NCBI GenBank assembly: GCA_951406725.2
Contig: OX597819.1
Span: 25,854,001-25,918,000, forward strand
Direction of reading: 5' to 3'
Source: Octopus vulgaris
Lineage: Eukaryota
DNA length: 64,000 nucleotides
Under the pieces are notes generated by a model, which worked only from the letters and a program-made list of their open reading frames with translations, was not told the origin of the DNA and ran no database searches. A program made the position numbers and the translations under genes. Numbering within the stretch: the stretch's first letter is position 1; each line of letters opens with the position of its first letter. Shown here in pieces: positions 14,201 through 28,357 of this stretch.

Positions 14201-14646
14201 AAGTATACTTATTAAATATCTTCAGAGAGAAGTTTTGATCAAAGACATTCTGTGTCGCATCATTTCTGACTTACCAAATATTTCTGCAGACATTATTTAA
14301 TATATGCTTATAGTATTTTGTGAAAATAATACGACTTGATAAGGGAGAAATATAGCTTGAAATTCTCTCCCGCAGATCGATTACGTACATTGCCCGTAAC
14401 ATGGTATAATATGAAATGTTTGGTTTGTAGATTTTTCTATACCAATATTAAAACAAAACAGAATCCAAGTGGCTTATAACAGCTTTTATTAGAATCCACT
14501 CTACTCCATGTTTCCAATTTAAGAATAACTTCCTCCACTCACCTATCTCAGATACCTCGAAAAGGGTCTGAATAACTCATAAAAGCTTTGTTTTTTTTTA
14601 AGAGACGGTTGTTCAAGGGACAAACAGGCATACTAAAACAGTTTCA

Positions 14647-14850
14647 ATCTATGAAGAATGAAAACTAAAATCGACCCTACAGAGATTTGAACTGTAATCA
14701 AATGTTGCATATTTCCGATACTAACATTTCTGCCACATTTTTACTATGCATTCTACCACTTAAAAAAATCTCTGTTATAAGAAAGTTAATTAAAATACCC
14801 ATTTAAATTTCAAATATTGCAGTAAATTACCAAGGAAATATTAAAGATTT
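14647..14850 (+). repeat. ~200-bp dispersed direct duplication of 17626-17829
   Basis: Near-identical ATCTATGAAGAATG...GGAAATATTAAAGATTT at both sites. Confidence 0.9.
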
Positions 14851-17101
14851 ATCAGACAGTTTATCAGACAGTTTATCTAAGACTGCATTTCCTATTGAAA
14901 TAGGATTTGGTGGTGTGACTGGGGATATTTATAGCTACTCTTTATAGCATTTTGAATAATCGGGTTCAAGATCCTTCGTTGCAATGTGTGATTTTTGTTT
15001 CTGTTATTTAGGTTTGAGCTTTGTTGCAGTTTAACACAGGGTCAGCTCTGGCACAACAATCTCACGATGAAAGTAATTAAAATCCTGATTATCAGGTTCT
15101 CTTTCTGAAGTACTTTTCACCTAGAACTACGTTATAGAACTAGTGCTTTCCATTTTAGCTTCAATGCTATTTGGTTGCTATTTCTTATTGCTGATATTGG
15201 TGTTGTTTAACAATTCTGATTACTCAGACCTTTGATAAAGAGAATCCATTCTGTAACTATTCTGTCTTTTTATGTGACACGAGGCATACATTATTTACGT
15301 GATTCTTTTTAAGATGATTCAGTAATTTAAAAGAAAATCACATGCTGTTTTTGAACTAGTTGTCATAGATACAATAATGGGGTTAGTTTTGTGGAATATA
15401 GTATGTTTAATAACCGACGCAGAATATTGCTAAAACTACGTCAAAATATATTTTAAATATCATAGAATATTTTGTTGCAATTTTATGTTACAAATTATTT
15501 TTATTGACAAAGTTTTCAGTCTAGCTTTTGGCGTTGAATTAACTCTCTCTTAATATCCCTTCGTTTCTACTACTTAGATTCTCGCATAAATGTATAGAAC
15601 TACATTGAGAAAATATCTGGAAATTATTTACTGATGTAAATATGTGTAATTTGATATTCATCAAATCTTTTCCACGTATTGAATTAACCTGTCAAAAGCA
15701 TCTTATTTTACCTTCATTGATATGTCTCTCAATATACTTTAATGTATATATTTGTATATGTTTTTTTGGCTGTCTGTGTATTTATTTTGATATCAAATTC
15801 TTTAGAAGTGCATAAATGTGTGTGTACTACTCGTATTGCATTAATGATGACTCGTTAATATTTCATGAGGTGATTTAGATACAGTAAAGCATTGTGTATT
15901 TTGAGGAGAGTAAGAGAGGAAAAAAAAAGAGAGAGATAAGTGACAGACAAGGAGGGGGAAGAGGATGAGATCGATCGTAATGATATGTTGATATAGAAAA
16001 GAATAAAAGTGGAACGCATTGTTAAACGTCACGCATTTTCAAATATATTTAGCAAATACTTGTTGTCTTATAGATAAAACTGGGCGAATAATTCTCATAT
16101 ATGGCTGGAACAAAAGCCTTTTTCTTATCAACTAGTAGTATAATAAATAGATAGGATAAATCTAAGTTAAACAATTTAGTTCCAATGTTTTACATGGGTT
16201 TAGCATACGTTTCCATTCAAGCTGTAAAAAATGCACAGGATTTTTATCCTGCCTACAAAGTAGGTTATATGATGTTGCAATCTGATTAACAGGCGGAACA
16301 AATATTTGGTTTGGAAAGAATATCATTTGCATTGTACAATTTGGATAATGATATCTGGGCGTACATTTACACTAGATTTTTGGACATCTATATAACCAAG
16401 AGGTTGTGGAACGGTATTTCTTTGATTATAAAACATATTATTCAAAGCTTTAAACAATCTAAGCTTGAACGTCTTAAATATATGTTAATTTGATTTTCTT
16501 ACATACAATCCTTAAACAATTTTAAGCTGTAATTCGATATGATGTCCTAAAGAGTTCCTATCCAATGTGCCCTAGTAATGTTTTTGTTGATCTCCAGTGT
16601 ACCATAAAGTTAAAAATCAGAACGAAACAATGCCAACCGTTCTAATCCAACATGCAGACCCAGATAAAGAGACAGAATTGGGAATTCCTAGTATCCATAT
16701 AATGTTACATAAAAAGATTCCTGGAATTTCTAGATAGACAGTTTTACATCTTTCCAATTCCAATGTTATGGTCTCTCTGTAGTATTTTGATGTGCTAGAA
16801 TTAGCTTGTACTCCCCTATAGTGCACTCTAAAATCTAAAGCAAAGAACACACTGGTTAATGTAGCCCTAAATAGTCAAAAAATGGGAAGGTCATCACTTG
16901 AATACTTTTGATAAAAGGTCTGCTGAATAAGTGGCACTATGCTTAACCGACAGCTCATTTTCTTCAACGAACCAAAACGAACAGAATAAGGGAATGTCAA
17001 TCCGAATTTTAGCAATTATTATTCAAATAAATTGATTGTTTCCTCACCAAAATCCTTCCCAGAGATGAACACTCAAATATAGTCCCAGCCACCCAGTATA
17101 A

Positions 17102-17137
<36 letters not shown>

Positions 17138-17977
17138 TTCCAGGTTAATGGTCGGAGATATTTTCGGGAAAGATTTTGCAAAAGGCAACGTCGTCATTAC
17201 TCATTCCAAACACTCATTCAAATCAATAGCCTTGACTATCATAGATGTCTTTCACTATCCCAGTTGGATTATTATATTTTTCATTTTTGCTTTTATCTTT
17301 TGAGTGCATACGACACGTACAGACTTGTAAAGATCGTAGCACATTACACATGCTAAGGAAATAAATTAATTTATCTTTAGACCATGCCTTCGTGATATTC
17401 CAAATAATTTCGTGAAATGTATGTCGGAAAATTAATATAGCAGGTCTTCTTAATGATTAATCAATCAAGAACCACTAGAATTACAGATTTAGTTATTCTA
17501 TTTTAGACTTGAATGATTGCCTTAAACGTCAAAGTATTCTAAAATATTGATTCATAACGTTCATGCAAGGGATCAGAATTGTGAATTATATTAAGTCAAG
17601 TATTTCATTGGTCGTTTAATTTATCATCTATGAAGAATGTAAACTAAAAATCGACCCTACAGAGATTTGAACTGTAATCAAATGCTGCATATTTCGATAC
17701 TAACACTTCTGCCACATTTTTACTATGCATTCTACCACTTAAAACAATCTCTGTTATAAGAAAGTTAATTAAAATACCCATTTAAATTTCAAATATTGCA
17801 GTAAATTACCAAGGAAATATTAAAGATTTTACTCAATCGATATCTTTTAAGATATGAAGCTGTAATTATCAAACGTTTTGAAAATATTGTCGTCTACACT
17901 TAAATATATACATATATTTTCAACTTGCTACATGTACAATTTATTCACACATTCTACATTAGCAGTTTAGTATTTTT

Positions 17978-18396
17978 GTATCTTTTCGGTTTGAACGGCA
18001 GTTTTTTCTAGCGGTGTCATATGAAATTGTCACCCATAATTATGACCCTAGTATCGATCTATTGCATTTCAATCTGTTTTAGGGTTAGGGCTAGGGGTGG
18101 CGGGAAGGGTATCTTTTTTCTTCACAAATGTAAATAAACCCAATCTGTTTCTTAAGCGAGGGATATATTCATACGGCACAGAATGTTTTTTTTACCTCAA
18201 TAGACGTCATTGATTACTTGAAATTGCAGAAATTGAATAAAAAAAAACAACAAATATCTTACAAACTACAGAATTTTCTCAATAAGGCCAAGAGAAAAAG
18301 TTCTTTTATAAACACATTCTACCAGTATACGAAGTTTAAAATGTTTTAGTTACCTAGAAATTATGTTAAAAACTGCCGTTCAAACCGAAAAGATCC
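17978..18396. mobile_element. Second copy (opposite orientation) of the GGATC-TIR MITE with (TTAGGG)n
   Basis: TIRs at both ends. 8-bp TSD GTATTTTT at 17970-17977 and 18397-18404. TTAGGGTTAGGGCTAGGG near 18080. Confidence 0.9.
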
Positions 18397-19075
18397 GTAT
18401 TTTTTGATATTTCAGAAGAAATCTTTTAAAGCATATTTGTCTGCCAAGATAAGAAAACAAGAAACACAATAGTATGACACTGCCGCCCCTTTAATTTACT
18501 TCTATTTTATCTAAAAATATGTCGTATTAAATGTAGGATACTGACAGACAATCAATCAATCGACGAGTGAATATCTACCAATTTGTTTTTTAATACATTG
18601 ATCTATGCTAAAAGGTCATAGTATCATGGTGATTATAGATATATAGATATATTCATAAAAAATCATTAGATTTTATGTATAGTAATGTGACGAATTACGT
18701 CCAAATATTTATGTACTTTAAAAAGTATTCAGTGTTAATTGCAATAATTGTATAATATCCCCTGAATACACGAAAATGTAGAACGTTTAGGTTTCAGGAG
18801 TTGAAAGTGAGTTGAGGCTTCCTTGTTTTTGCATGCTTGGTAGTACGGTTATTTAAAAAAATGCAGTTACTTTAATTGCATCAACATCTTTCCGTCTGTA
18901 ATTTCAAGGTTTGCTGTTTCATCAGATTATTAATGGTGGAATACCGGGTTTTGGCAAAACGGTTTGATAGAATAAACACCGTAAAGGAATGTTGAAGCAA
19001 ATTAAATAATGTTTTGTTTGAATAATTAGTTATTCAATAGTTAACAAATAAGATTCTATTTTAGGCAGCAAATTT

Positions 19076-20767
19076 TGAAGCTTGCTGGCCACTTGTTTAC
19101 GTTCTCGAGAAGAGGTTAATTACTGGAGTATAAGTATAACCTCTTGAGTTTTGCTGGTATACCGCAGTTTACAGTCCAAAATTCTACTGCTCTGTCTGTG
19201 TTATTTTCCTCTCAGGCCCCTAGAGTTTATTCAGGAGAGAATATTTCGCTGTTTCTTCGGACGGTCGAAATTGAAATGTGTCCTCACACAATGCGCCAGT
19301 TATAGTCTCACTGCTATTATCTTATGTCTCACAATATCCTTCATCATGGAGAAAATAAATCATCGATGAAGAATATTAACTGTCGTACCTTGTTTGATAC
19401 TCTGACAATCAATCAGAATATTACTCGAAAATGAGCTATGTAAACGAAGAAAATAAACGTGTTAAAAAAGACGGAAAGGCTACATTACATTATATTCTTC
19501 TCGACATGCTTAAGAGCCCGGATATCACAATAAATATAATTTTATAAGAGGTTTTCTCAGGTTGCGCTCACCTGAGGCTAAACAATAGAAACATCAACAG
19601 CAGTCCAGTGTTTCTACTAAGATTTAGTTCTATAATTTTCAATCCATAATATGTAAGTAATTTTTTTTGCTAGCCAAATAACTTTAGAGATGTTACATCT
19701 ATGATGATTATTTGTTATTTGTTGTGATGATTATATGTGATTTTCACCAAAATTTTAAAACTAAAAAGATAAGCTTTCAGACTGAAGAAAGAAAGAAAGA
19801 AATAGACGTACTTTCCCATAATAGGAAACTAAAATAGTGAATTAATAGTTTAGTTTAGATTTGGTCGAGTTGGTTTATTGAAAAAGAAAAAGGGTGTTCA
19901 AGAGAGAGGCCTCAAATGTTTCAACCGACCAGTATCATGTACAAGTACTAAGAAAAAGTAAAAATAAAAAAAAGAAAGAAAAATGCTGGCTCTAAAACAC
20001 AAGGTTAGTTCCAGAGTGTGAAATCAATAATGCTTCTAGAACGAACGTCCTATACTTCTCGGAAAACTACGTAATTTCATGCTATGCAATACAGAAATGA
20101 AGCATTCATTTCCAATCGGATTCATGTAAATACAAACCATTAGTATGTTGCCAGCCAGGTCGGGTGTTCAACAGCATTAATATGTACAAATCTATGCAAA
20201 CAAGTCAGACACTCAACTTTGATTTTCTCTCTTCTGTTTCCTAATAACCTGACAAAGGGTCAAAGAGAAAAATGTTATTACATGTTTATTGCAATTTTGT
20301 CGATAGCATTATATATGTGAATGTGTGGTTGTGTGTCTGTGTGTGAGTATGTGTATGTCTATCTATCTACCTATATATATTTATACTCTTTTGCTTGTTT
20401 CAGTCATTTTGACTGCGGGCATGCTGGAACACTGCCTTCAATCGAAACAATCGACCCAGGACGTATTATTTGTAAGCCTAATACTTATTCTATCTGTCTC
20501 TTTTGCCAAACTGCTAGGTTACGAGGTCATAAACACTACAACATCGTTTGTCAAGGGATGGTATGGGGACAAACATAGACACAAACACACAAACATATAC
20601 GTATACGACGGGCTTCTTTCAGATCTCGTCTACAAAATCCACTCACAAGGCTTTGGTCGATTCGAAGTTGCAGTAGAAGAGATTTGCCGAAGGTGCCGCT
20701 CAGTGGGACTGAACCCGGAACAATGTGGTTAGGAAGCAAGCTTCTTAGCACACAGCCCACTCCAGCG

Positions 20768-20808
<41 letters not shown>

Positions 20809-22190
20809 AGTAATGATTATGTAGGTAAAAATCTCCAGCCAAACGAACTTGGATTCAGTCCCACTGCTGGAGGTCCGGGTTAGTAGTCATTTGTATATAT
20901 TTATATGTTCATATGTATGTGTTTTTGTGTCTGTGCTTGTCTCCCACTGAACACTTGACAGCCAATGAGGTTTGTTTGCGTCCTGGTACCTTAGATGTTT
21001 GGCAAAATAAATTGATAGAATAAGTACCAAGGTTAAAACAATTCCTGTAACATATTTTTAAGACTAAATCTCATGAAAGCCTAGCATGGCTGAGAAATGT
21101 AAAAGATAAAAATCTATAGTTGTACATAAGTGCGTGTGCGCGTGTGTGTGTGGGGGTGCCTGTGCCTGTGCATGTGTGTCTGTATGTGCGTATGCGCGTG
21201 TGTGCTTGTAAATCTGTGCTTGTTACAAGCCTTTCTATTTCTAGCACCTATCGATTCCTCACGTATGAAATGTAGGTCCAACTTTCATAAAATAATTGTC
21301 CTGCGATATATCTGATATAATTCAGATGTACTTTTGCATTTCAACTCATAAATTATTCTGTTTTTTCCAATTATTTTATACTATTCTTACTTAGAGCTAT
21401 TTCTTATTTAGTTAGAAAAAAAAAGTGCATTTGAAAGAAAAACACAAAAGAAAACACTCATTCATTTTCAATTACTGTGGACACAACGAAATATAAATAT
21501 TTTTCTGATCTAGATTGTCATACTTCGAAAAGCTTTTAAAGAAATGTTTTAAAGAAATAAATATCAAATATATTCCGCCAGACATTCACTAATGTTTCAG
21601 TTGCTTGATTTAATAAATATTTAGGAAGACATCTCAGATTTCTCTGTATCTTGTTATTTATATTTTAACAAGAGAAGTGAAACAAATGAATATTTGTACT
21701 GGGCGATATGAGAACTGAATTAGAAATAACATAAAACTGTGAGCAAAATTACTAATGAAGCTTTCAGAATTTTCATTTAACAGTATTTGATGCTCTGTTA
21801 ATCTGGTTTATTTTCTTCGTTTACATAGCTCATTTTCGGGTAATATTCTGATTGATTGCTAGAGTGTCAAAACAAGGTACGACAGTTAATATTCTTCATC
21901 GATGATTTATTTTCTCCATGATGAAGGATATTGTAAACACATAAGATAATAGCAGTGAGACTATAACTGGCGCATTGTGTGAGGAAACATTTCGATTTCG
22001 ACCGCCCGAAGAAACAGCGAAATATTCTCTCCTGAATAAACTCTAGGGGCCTGAGAGGAAAATAACACAGACAGAGCAGTAGAATTTTGGACTGTAAACT
22101 GCGGTATACCAGCAAAACTCAAGAGGTTATACTTATACTCCAGTGATTAACCTCTTCTCGAGAATGTAAACAAGGGGCCAGCAAGCTTCA
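19076..22190. repeat. ~380-bp inverted duplication (19076-19458 vs 21806-22190)
   Basis: The arms are near-identical reverse complements. The ORF track shows mirrored peptides (19151+ and 22115-). Confidence 0.92.
20385..20770 (-). mobile_element. Dominant tRNA/CORE-like SINE, near full length
   Basis: Reverse complement of 37310-37712. Confidence 0.8.
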
Positions 22191-22789
22191 TTATTCTCTG
22201 AAAGATAATGAACTGGATTTTAGAAAGCTAAATAGTTATCTGTTAGGATATAAAAGAGAATTTCAAAATCAAATATATGATTTTTATACATTTCTTTCCT
22301 CACATAAATAACCGTATGCATATGAATAATTATTATTATACGCTGATAGATTTGGTCTAATGTCCTCAATTTCTAGTGAGTCACAAAGTTTCGGCAGTTG
22401 AGACAATCAGCTACTGCTTCTGATGCTGTTGGCTCGCTCCGGTTCGAATAACTACAAAAATAGAATAATTAAGTGTTGTAAATAATACACTGACAGACTT
22501 AGAAGAACGTCCGATCAGATGCTGTGCAGTAGGAAGCGTGTTAGCCAGAATCATAGGAAGGTAGAGCAAATTAGTTTGCGGTACTCGTTTCGGCTCTATA
22601 CTCACACGATTTTTTACTTTTCTTCTGATAGGGTCGAGAACATGGGTGGGCAATCCGTGGGGGTGGAGTTACAGTATTGTTATATAAAAACAAAAATATT
22701 TATGTCTTTCGTCCGGACAAACACTAAATATTTTCAATATCTTTCCGTTTGTCTCGTCTCTAGCTCTCCCTCTCTCCCCCTCCCCCTCA

Positions 22790-22841
<52 letters not shown>

Positions 22842-24011
22842 GGAGAGAGAGATACAAATAAAGAAAAACAATAGATAGAGAAATGTACTGTCTCTAATGC
22901 GCTTACGCGCGTTTCGGATGGGTTGGAATTTCAAAATGCTGAGATGAAGTAACCATTCATATTACTGGACCCCATATTTGATCGACAAAGCTCTAATAAT
23001 ATAGGGAAAAGTATACTTACATCACACTGTATTGTATAAATTTGATAAGTATAGGATAGTTTTAAATTTCTTTATATTTGTAGAAAGTTAATGGATCAAA
23101 TATGGGATCAATTAATACGCATGTTTACTGCATCACAGAATGTTTAAATACCCATCTGAATCAAGTATGAGCGAATTAAAGGATATAAAATTCTTCATTC
23201 TTTTGTTTTCTTTTCTATACTCTGTGACCTGTTACTAAAATTATTTCCGTGATTGAAAAGTAATTTTAAGGCCGACATGGATTACAGTGGCTTTTATTGA
23301 AGAATTGTTTAATTAAGCAAGTTTGATACCTCACGTAGTGCTTATAAACTATTCACTTGGACTTTAAACCCATATTACACTTCACACACGCGCACACACA
23401 TATGCTGTTGTCACTTATGTGTCGTACCCTACATAACTCAGGCTAACTGACACCAACAACCTGTTGCCTCTACCATGTGGAGTATATAATTGAAGAACTA
23501 ACTGAAGCACAGACATGACAGGAACCGGCATAGAAGCTAGATATTCTAACATGTATAATTTCGGTTTTCTGGAATGTACAATGAATATATTTTAGCCTAC
23601 ATTATTCAAATATTCTACCATGCATAATTCGAATATCTTGCGTACATAATTGAGATACTCTAGCCATGTAATTAACTTATATTATAAAATATAATTGCGA
23701 TAATTAACCTAATTGAGATATTAACCTACTATGCCTAAGATATTAACCTAATATACCTGTTCCTTGTGTCGAAAATCTTAATCTTACTTATTTTAGGCCC
23801 ATTTCGTCTTTATATGTTCAAGATGGAGGTCTGTCTTGAGCAACTAACTCTTACGTCTTTAACTATAATTAACAATTTCAGGTCTGAAGACGTCAGTGAC
23901 GTCATGCGACATAAAAAAAGCACTTATTCACTCTAAGATTACTGTTATGTTGTTAACCATACGATGCATTCACGTTCATTTACCTGAATTAATACAGTGT
24001 ATTATTATAAA

Positions 24012-24404
24012 CTAGCAGTATCGCCCGGCGTTGCTCGGGTTTGTAAGGGAAATAACTATATAAGCATTTTTAGAGATGTAAAGTATAATAGCCATCTCAA
24101 TATGGCTAACCACAAAGGGGGGTGTTACTGTAGCTTTTTACGTTCTGAGATTTAATAATAGATTTTTAGAGAGTTACTTCCCTTATATATGCCAAAAATG
24201 CATTAAAAATGTGAACAATTGATTGTATTTTTTTTTAATCGTAGACTCATCGTAGACGCGCGCTAATACCCAGAAGGGCTCGGCATGAATCACGACTATA
24301 AGATACCCGGTTTTGGTTAAACTGCACCGCAAAATGTTGGGAGTACATAGGAATCTATATCGTAGGAGACAGACAGCATACAACCTCACTTTTATATATA
24401 TAGA
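24012..24404 (-). mobile_element. Non-autonomous Helitron
   Basis: Minus strand starts A|TCTATATATA and ends with hairpin CCCGAGCAACGCCGGG then GCTAG|T. These are canonical TC...CTAG termini at an A^T site with no TSD. Confidence 0.85.
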
Positions 24405-24646
24405 TATACAGACAGAGAAATAGGTAGGTAGGTAGGTAGGTAGGTAGGTAGGTCGGTCGGTCGGTCGGTCGGTAGGTAGGTAGGTAGGTAGAAAGCTAGA
24501 CAGATATATTGATAGATAGATAGACAGACATGCATATTATTTCTTAAAAATTTATATTCAAAAATATCTATTTATTACGCACGAAGCATACTTTGTATTC
24601 TCGTAAAAAATATGCACAAGTAAAATATATTACCTTTTATATCATA

Positions 24647-25177
24647 CTAGCAGTATTGCCCGGCGTTGCTCGGGTTTGTAAGGGAAATAACTATATAAGC
24701 ATTTTTAGAGAGTTATAGCAAAAAAATGCATTGAAAATGGAATAAAAAATGATGATAATTTTTTTTTTAAATCGTTGACTCAGTGTCTTCAAGCCATGAA
24801 GTCGTTGTTCTAAAAGAACGCTGGTTTCCTTAGCAACGCATTACGACGTTGATTTCTTTACACTCCCTTCCCCACAGCTTCACGAGGGAGGGAAGGGGGA
24901 GAAGCAAACAGGTGCAGCTGTGAGCGTGGACGCCAACTCCGCCGCTATCGACACACGATGCATTTTATGCATTAAAATGGAATAAAAAATGATGTTAAAT
25001 TATTTTTAAAATCGTAGACTCATCATTGACGCGCGCTAATAGTCAGACGGGCTCGATATGAATCACGACTATAAGATACCCGAATTTGGTTAAACTGCAC
25101 CGCAAAATGTGGGAGGAGTTAGGAATCTAAATCGAAGGGGACAGACACTCACACAACTAGAGTTTTATATATATAGA
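24647..25177 (-). mobile_element. Non-autonomous Helitron, same family with a different internal module
   Basis: Same termini and hairpin as 24012-24404. Confidence 0.85.
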
Positions 25178-27084
25178 TTTACGGTCTTGCTATCATTTAG
25201 TTGCACTGTATTTCATTTTTCATTTCGATACACACGTTTTACATCTAACTGAACATTTGGACTTATAAAAAAGAACATAGAAATAATTTCACGACATTTT
25301 GTTCCACTGAGAATAATAAAATTGAATGTAGCGTTCAAAAAAAAAAGCAAGAAGACAAAAGTGCATCGTTATAAATTCACCGCTTCTCTTCATAATTCTC
25401 GTATATAAATGCTGTTACAAGCTACCAACAACATTGTGAAAAGGAAAGGTATGCAAGTACCGTCAGATTTCTGGGCAATTCGACAGGTGAAGTCACGCTT
25501 GTTGAAGCAAGTGAGCTGTCGTCAAATCTCAAGGACTGTCAAACAGTAAGACATACATAACTGACAGTGAACAGAGTTAAAAATAGTGAATAATGATTTG
25601 AAACGTGCAATATTGCAAAGCATAGGAATTGGACAATTGAAACTGATTGATGATGGGAAAAGAAGATGGTTCCTAGCAGAGCATTGAATGCTAAACTTTC
25701 AAAATTTAATAGAGCTTTGGAAGAAATTCTGTTAAAGTAAATGTTTGGGGAATTGGTGTAAAGTGAGAATATAATTAGGTTGTTACGAGCAAAAGCATAA
25801 TTACAAAAGACACGTGAGCGTTAGGTCAACGTTACTAAAGTGCTAATACGTACTATTACGAGTACTTGTTTACATATTCATGGTTTTCCCCCTATAAAAA
25901 TGAAGTGAAGAAAATTGGAAATTTTGAAAGTCTATTTCACTTGGATTAGTCATATGTTAGTGTTAATATGTTCATAGATAATAACTAATTTAGATACAAT
26001 AGTCAGCCGTTTTGAAGGGGGAGGCTTAGGTAACACAAGTACTAGACCGGTGCTCTATTTTATCGATTCTAGAGGGAGGAAAATTAACTTTGGTGAGTTT
26101 GTTGCTAAATTATTAAAAGCATTCTTTACATTTAATCAGTGGTAGAAGTAACTATTTTCTGACGACACCTAAGCTCCCAGGGAAAGACCATATTTACTTT
26201 CGATCATGATAACTCATTTAAATGTAAAACAAAAATGGCATCATAAATCTGAATATGTAAGCTATAAGATATGGAGATGAACAACATATAATAATGCCAG
26301 GATTATTGCCTCGTTTAACAACATTTTAAAATGTTTAATACATAGAATTACTTGGCACTTAGAAGCTTATTATCACAAATCTAATTAGAAACACCTTTCC
26401 ATTCCAAGATGGAACTGCCACTCTCTTCTTAATGTGGATAAATATTGCAGTTGAAATCATTTTGTCAGATTTTTCAAATGACATGATCAGAAAATCTCTG
26501 CTCCACCGACGTCAGCATAATTCATAGTAGTGTCGAAGTGTCTTGATAGCAAGATGGTCAGTCAAGTAGATGAGATTAAAAATCGCAAGGATGCAATCAA
26601 CGTCGTCAGCATGATCTGTCAGACCTCACACTTAATTAAGAAGATTATTTGGCTCTATTCTAAGAAGAATTTCACCAGATTATTAACTAGGATTTGTGTC
26701 ATTACAAACTACTGTAGAATCGTTGCTGGTAATTAATGTTTTTCATGAAAACCGTTCACTTCTGCAGCTTAAGAAATCATGACATCAGTCATGCCTGTCA
26801 TATTTGCCTTCCTGTCTTTGACATGTCATGTTAGTGGTGGAATATTTATTTTTCATACTTAAAACTTAATGCTCAACTACTCTAATAAGACAAAAATTTC
26901 AATGCTGGCCTAGATTTATTTTTTTTCAGTAGTCAACTATTTGAATTTTGCAACCAGGTTTGAGAGACTAGTCATGAATATGAAGATTCTGAGGAAAAAG
27001 CGATGTTGTGCATCGGTAAAGCGTGGAAATAAAAGGAATAACGTTTATGACGTAAGAAATGAATATCGAAGAAATGAATATGAG

Positions 27085-27216
27085 CAGTAAGAAGTCTGTT
27101 CCCCAACCACATGGTTCCGGGTTCAGTGCCGTTGCATGGCAACTTCGGCGTGTGTGCCTCGGGCCGACTAAAGCCTTGTGTGTGTATTTGGTCAATGGAA
27201 ATTGAAAGAACCCCGT

Positions 27217-27266
<50 letters not shown>

Positions 27267-27470
27267 CGTGTGTGTGTGTGTGTGTATGTAAGTGTATATG
27301 TGTGTGTTGGTGTGTTTATATCCATGTTGCTTAGAGGTTGGACAAAAAGAAATCTATAGAGTAAGTACCAGGTTTTAAAAAAGTACTTGGGCCGATTTAT
27401 TCGACTAAAATTCTTTAAGGCTGCTGTCTAGCATGGCCGAAGTCTAATGACTGAAACAAGTAAAAGATAT
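27085..27470 (+). mobile_element. Dominant tRNA/CORE-like SINE copy
   Basis: CCAACCACATGGTTCCGGGTTCAG...GGGCCGAC...ATGACTGAAACAAGTAAAAG. Confidence 0.75.
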
Positions 27471-27475
27471 ATGTA

Positions 27476-27528
<53 letters not shown>

Positions 27529-27589
27529 TCTTTTATATGTTTCAGCCTTGAAGCTGCGGCCATACTGGGTTAACGCCATTGTAGACATC

Positions 27590-27934
27590 TTTTAATTGGC
27601 CAATTCTATAGGCTTGGCTTTTGGAGAAGGAGGCAGTTCGATATCGCTGTCCTCTTTTTAGTTTCCTGCCTTTGTATTGGCACATCTAAGATCTTGGGTA
27701 GTAAGAGATCAAATTGTTTCTTGAAAACATATACTCGCACTCTATGGAGATCTCTCAGATGTTTTCGCAAGGAGTTAAATAGCTGTGGACCCTTGAATGC
27801 CAAGCTATTGCAGTACATGATCTTCGCCCTAGATGAGACAGCTGGGACTTTAGGAAGAGTGTAGCGAAATCCGTTTCGAAGTCTGGTATAACTCTCAATT
27901 CCAATGTTTGGTCCCAGCTCCTCCAGTATCTTCC

Positions 27935-27935
<1 letters not shown>
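27590..27935 (-). pseudogene. 3' end of a CR1/L2-group LINE ORF2
   Basis: Minus translation IYIWKILE...YCNSLAFKGPQLFNSLRKHLRDL...FKKQFDLLLPKILDVP resembles the C-terminal tail of CR1/L2-group reverse transcriptase proteins. Confidence 0.65.
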
Positions 27936-27979
<44 letters not shown>

Positions 27980-28301
27980 GATATGTATGTGTTGCTAATT
28001 ATAAAGTATGTGTTGCAAGGTATAAAAATGTTTTACGCACAGTAAAACTTATCTGAGTGATATAAAAATATGATAGCTCCCCCCCCCCTCTGAGTTTCTC
28101 CTTGAGGTCTATATATGTTGAGGTCAAAAGAACGATAGAGTACACCCTGTCATCACTCGCAACTTTCTATGACTTGTTACATAACCAGACTTTCGCTAAA
28201 TGTCTAAAATGTTTGAGGTTTTGCGAGCTGATATAAAAATCTTAAGGGCACCCTCACTCTTATCAACCAAGTCAAACATCTTAGATGCAACAGCTAGATA
28301 A

Positions 28302-28357
<56 letters not shown>

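Noticed and set aside
26560-26860. Possible ancient mariner transposase remnant on the minus strand (FMKNI..TSNDS-like)
   Set aside because: Too degraded, and no TIRs were found.
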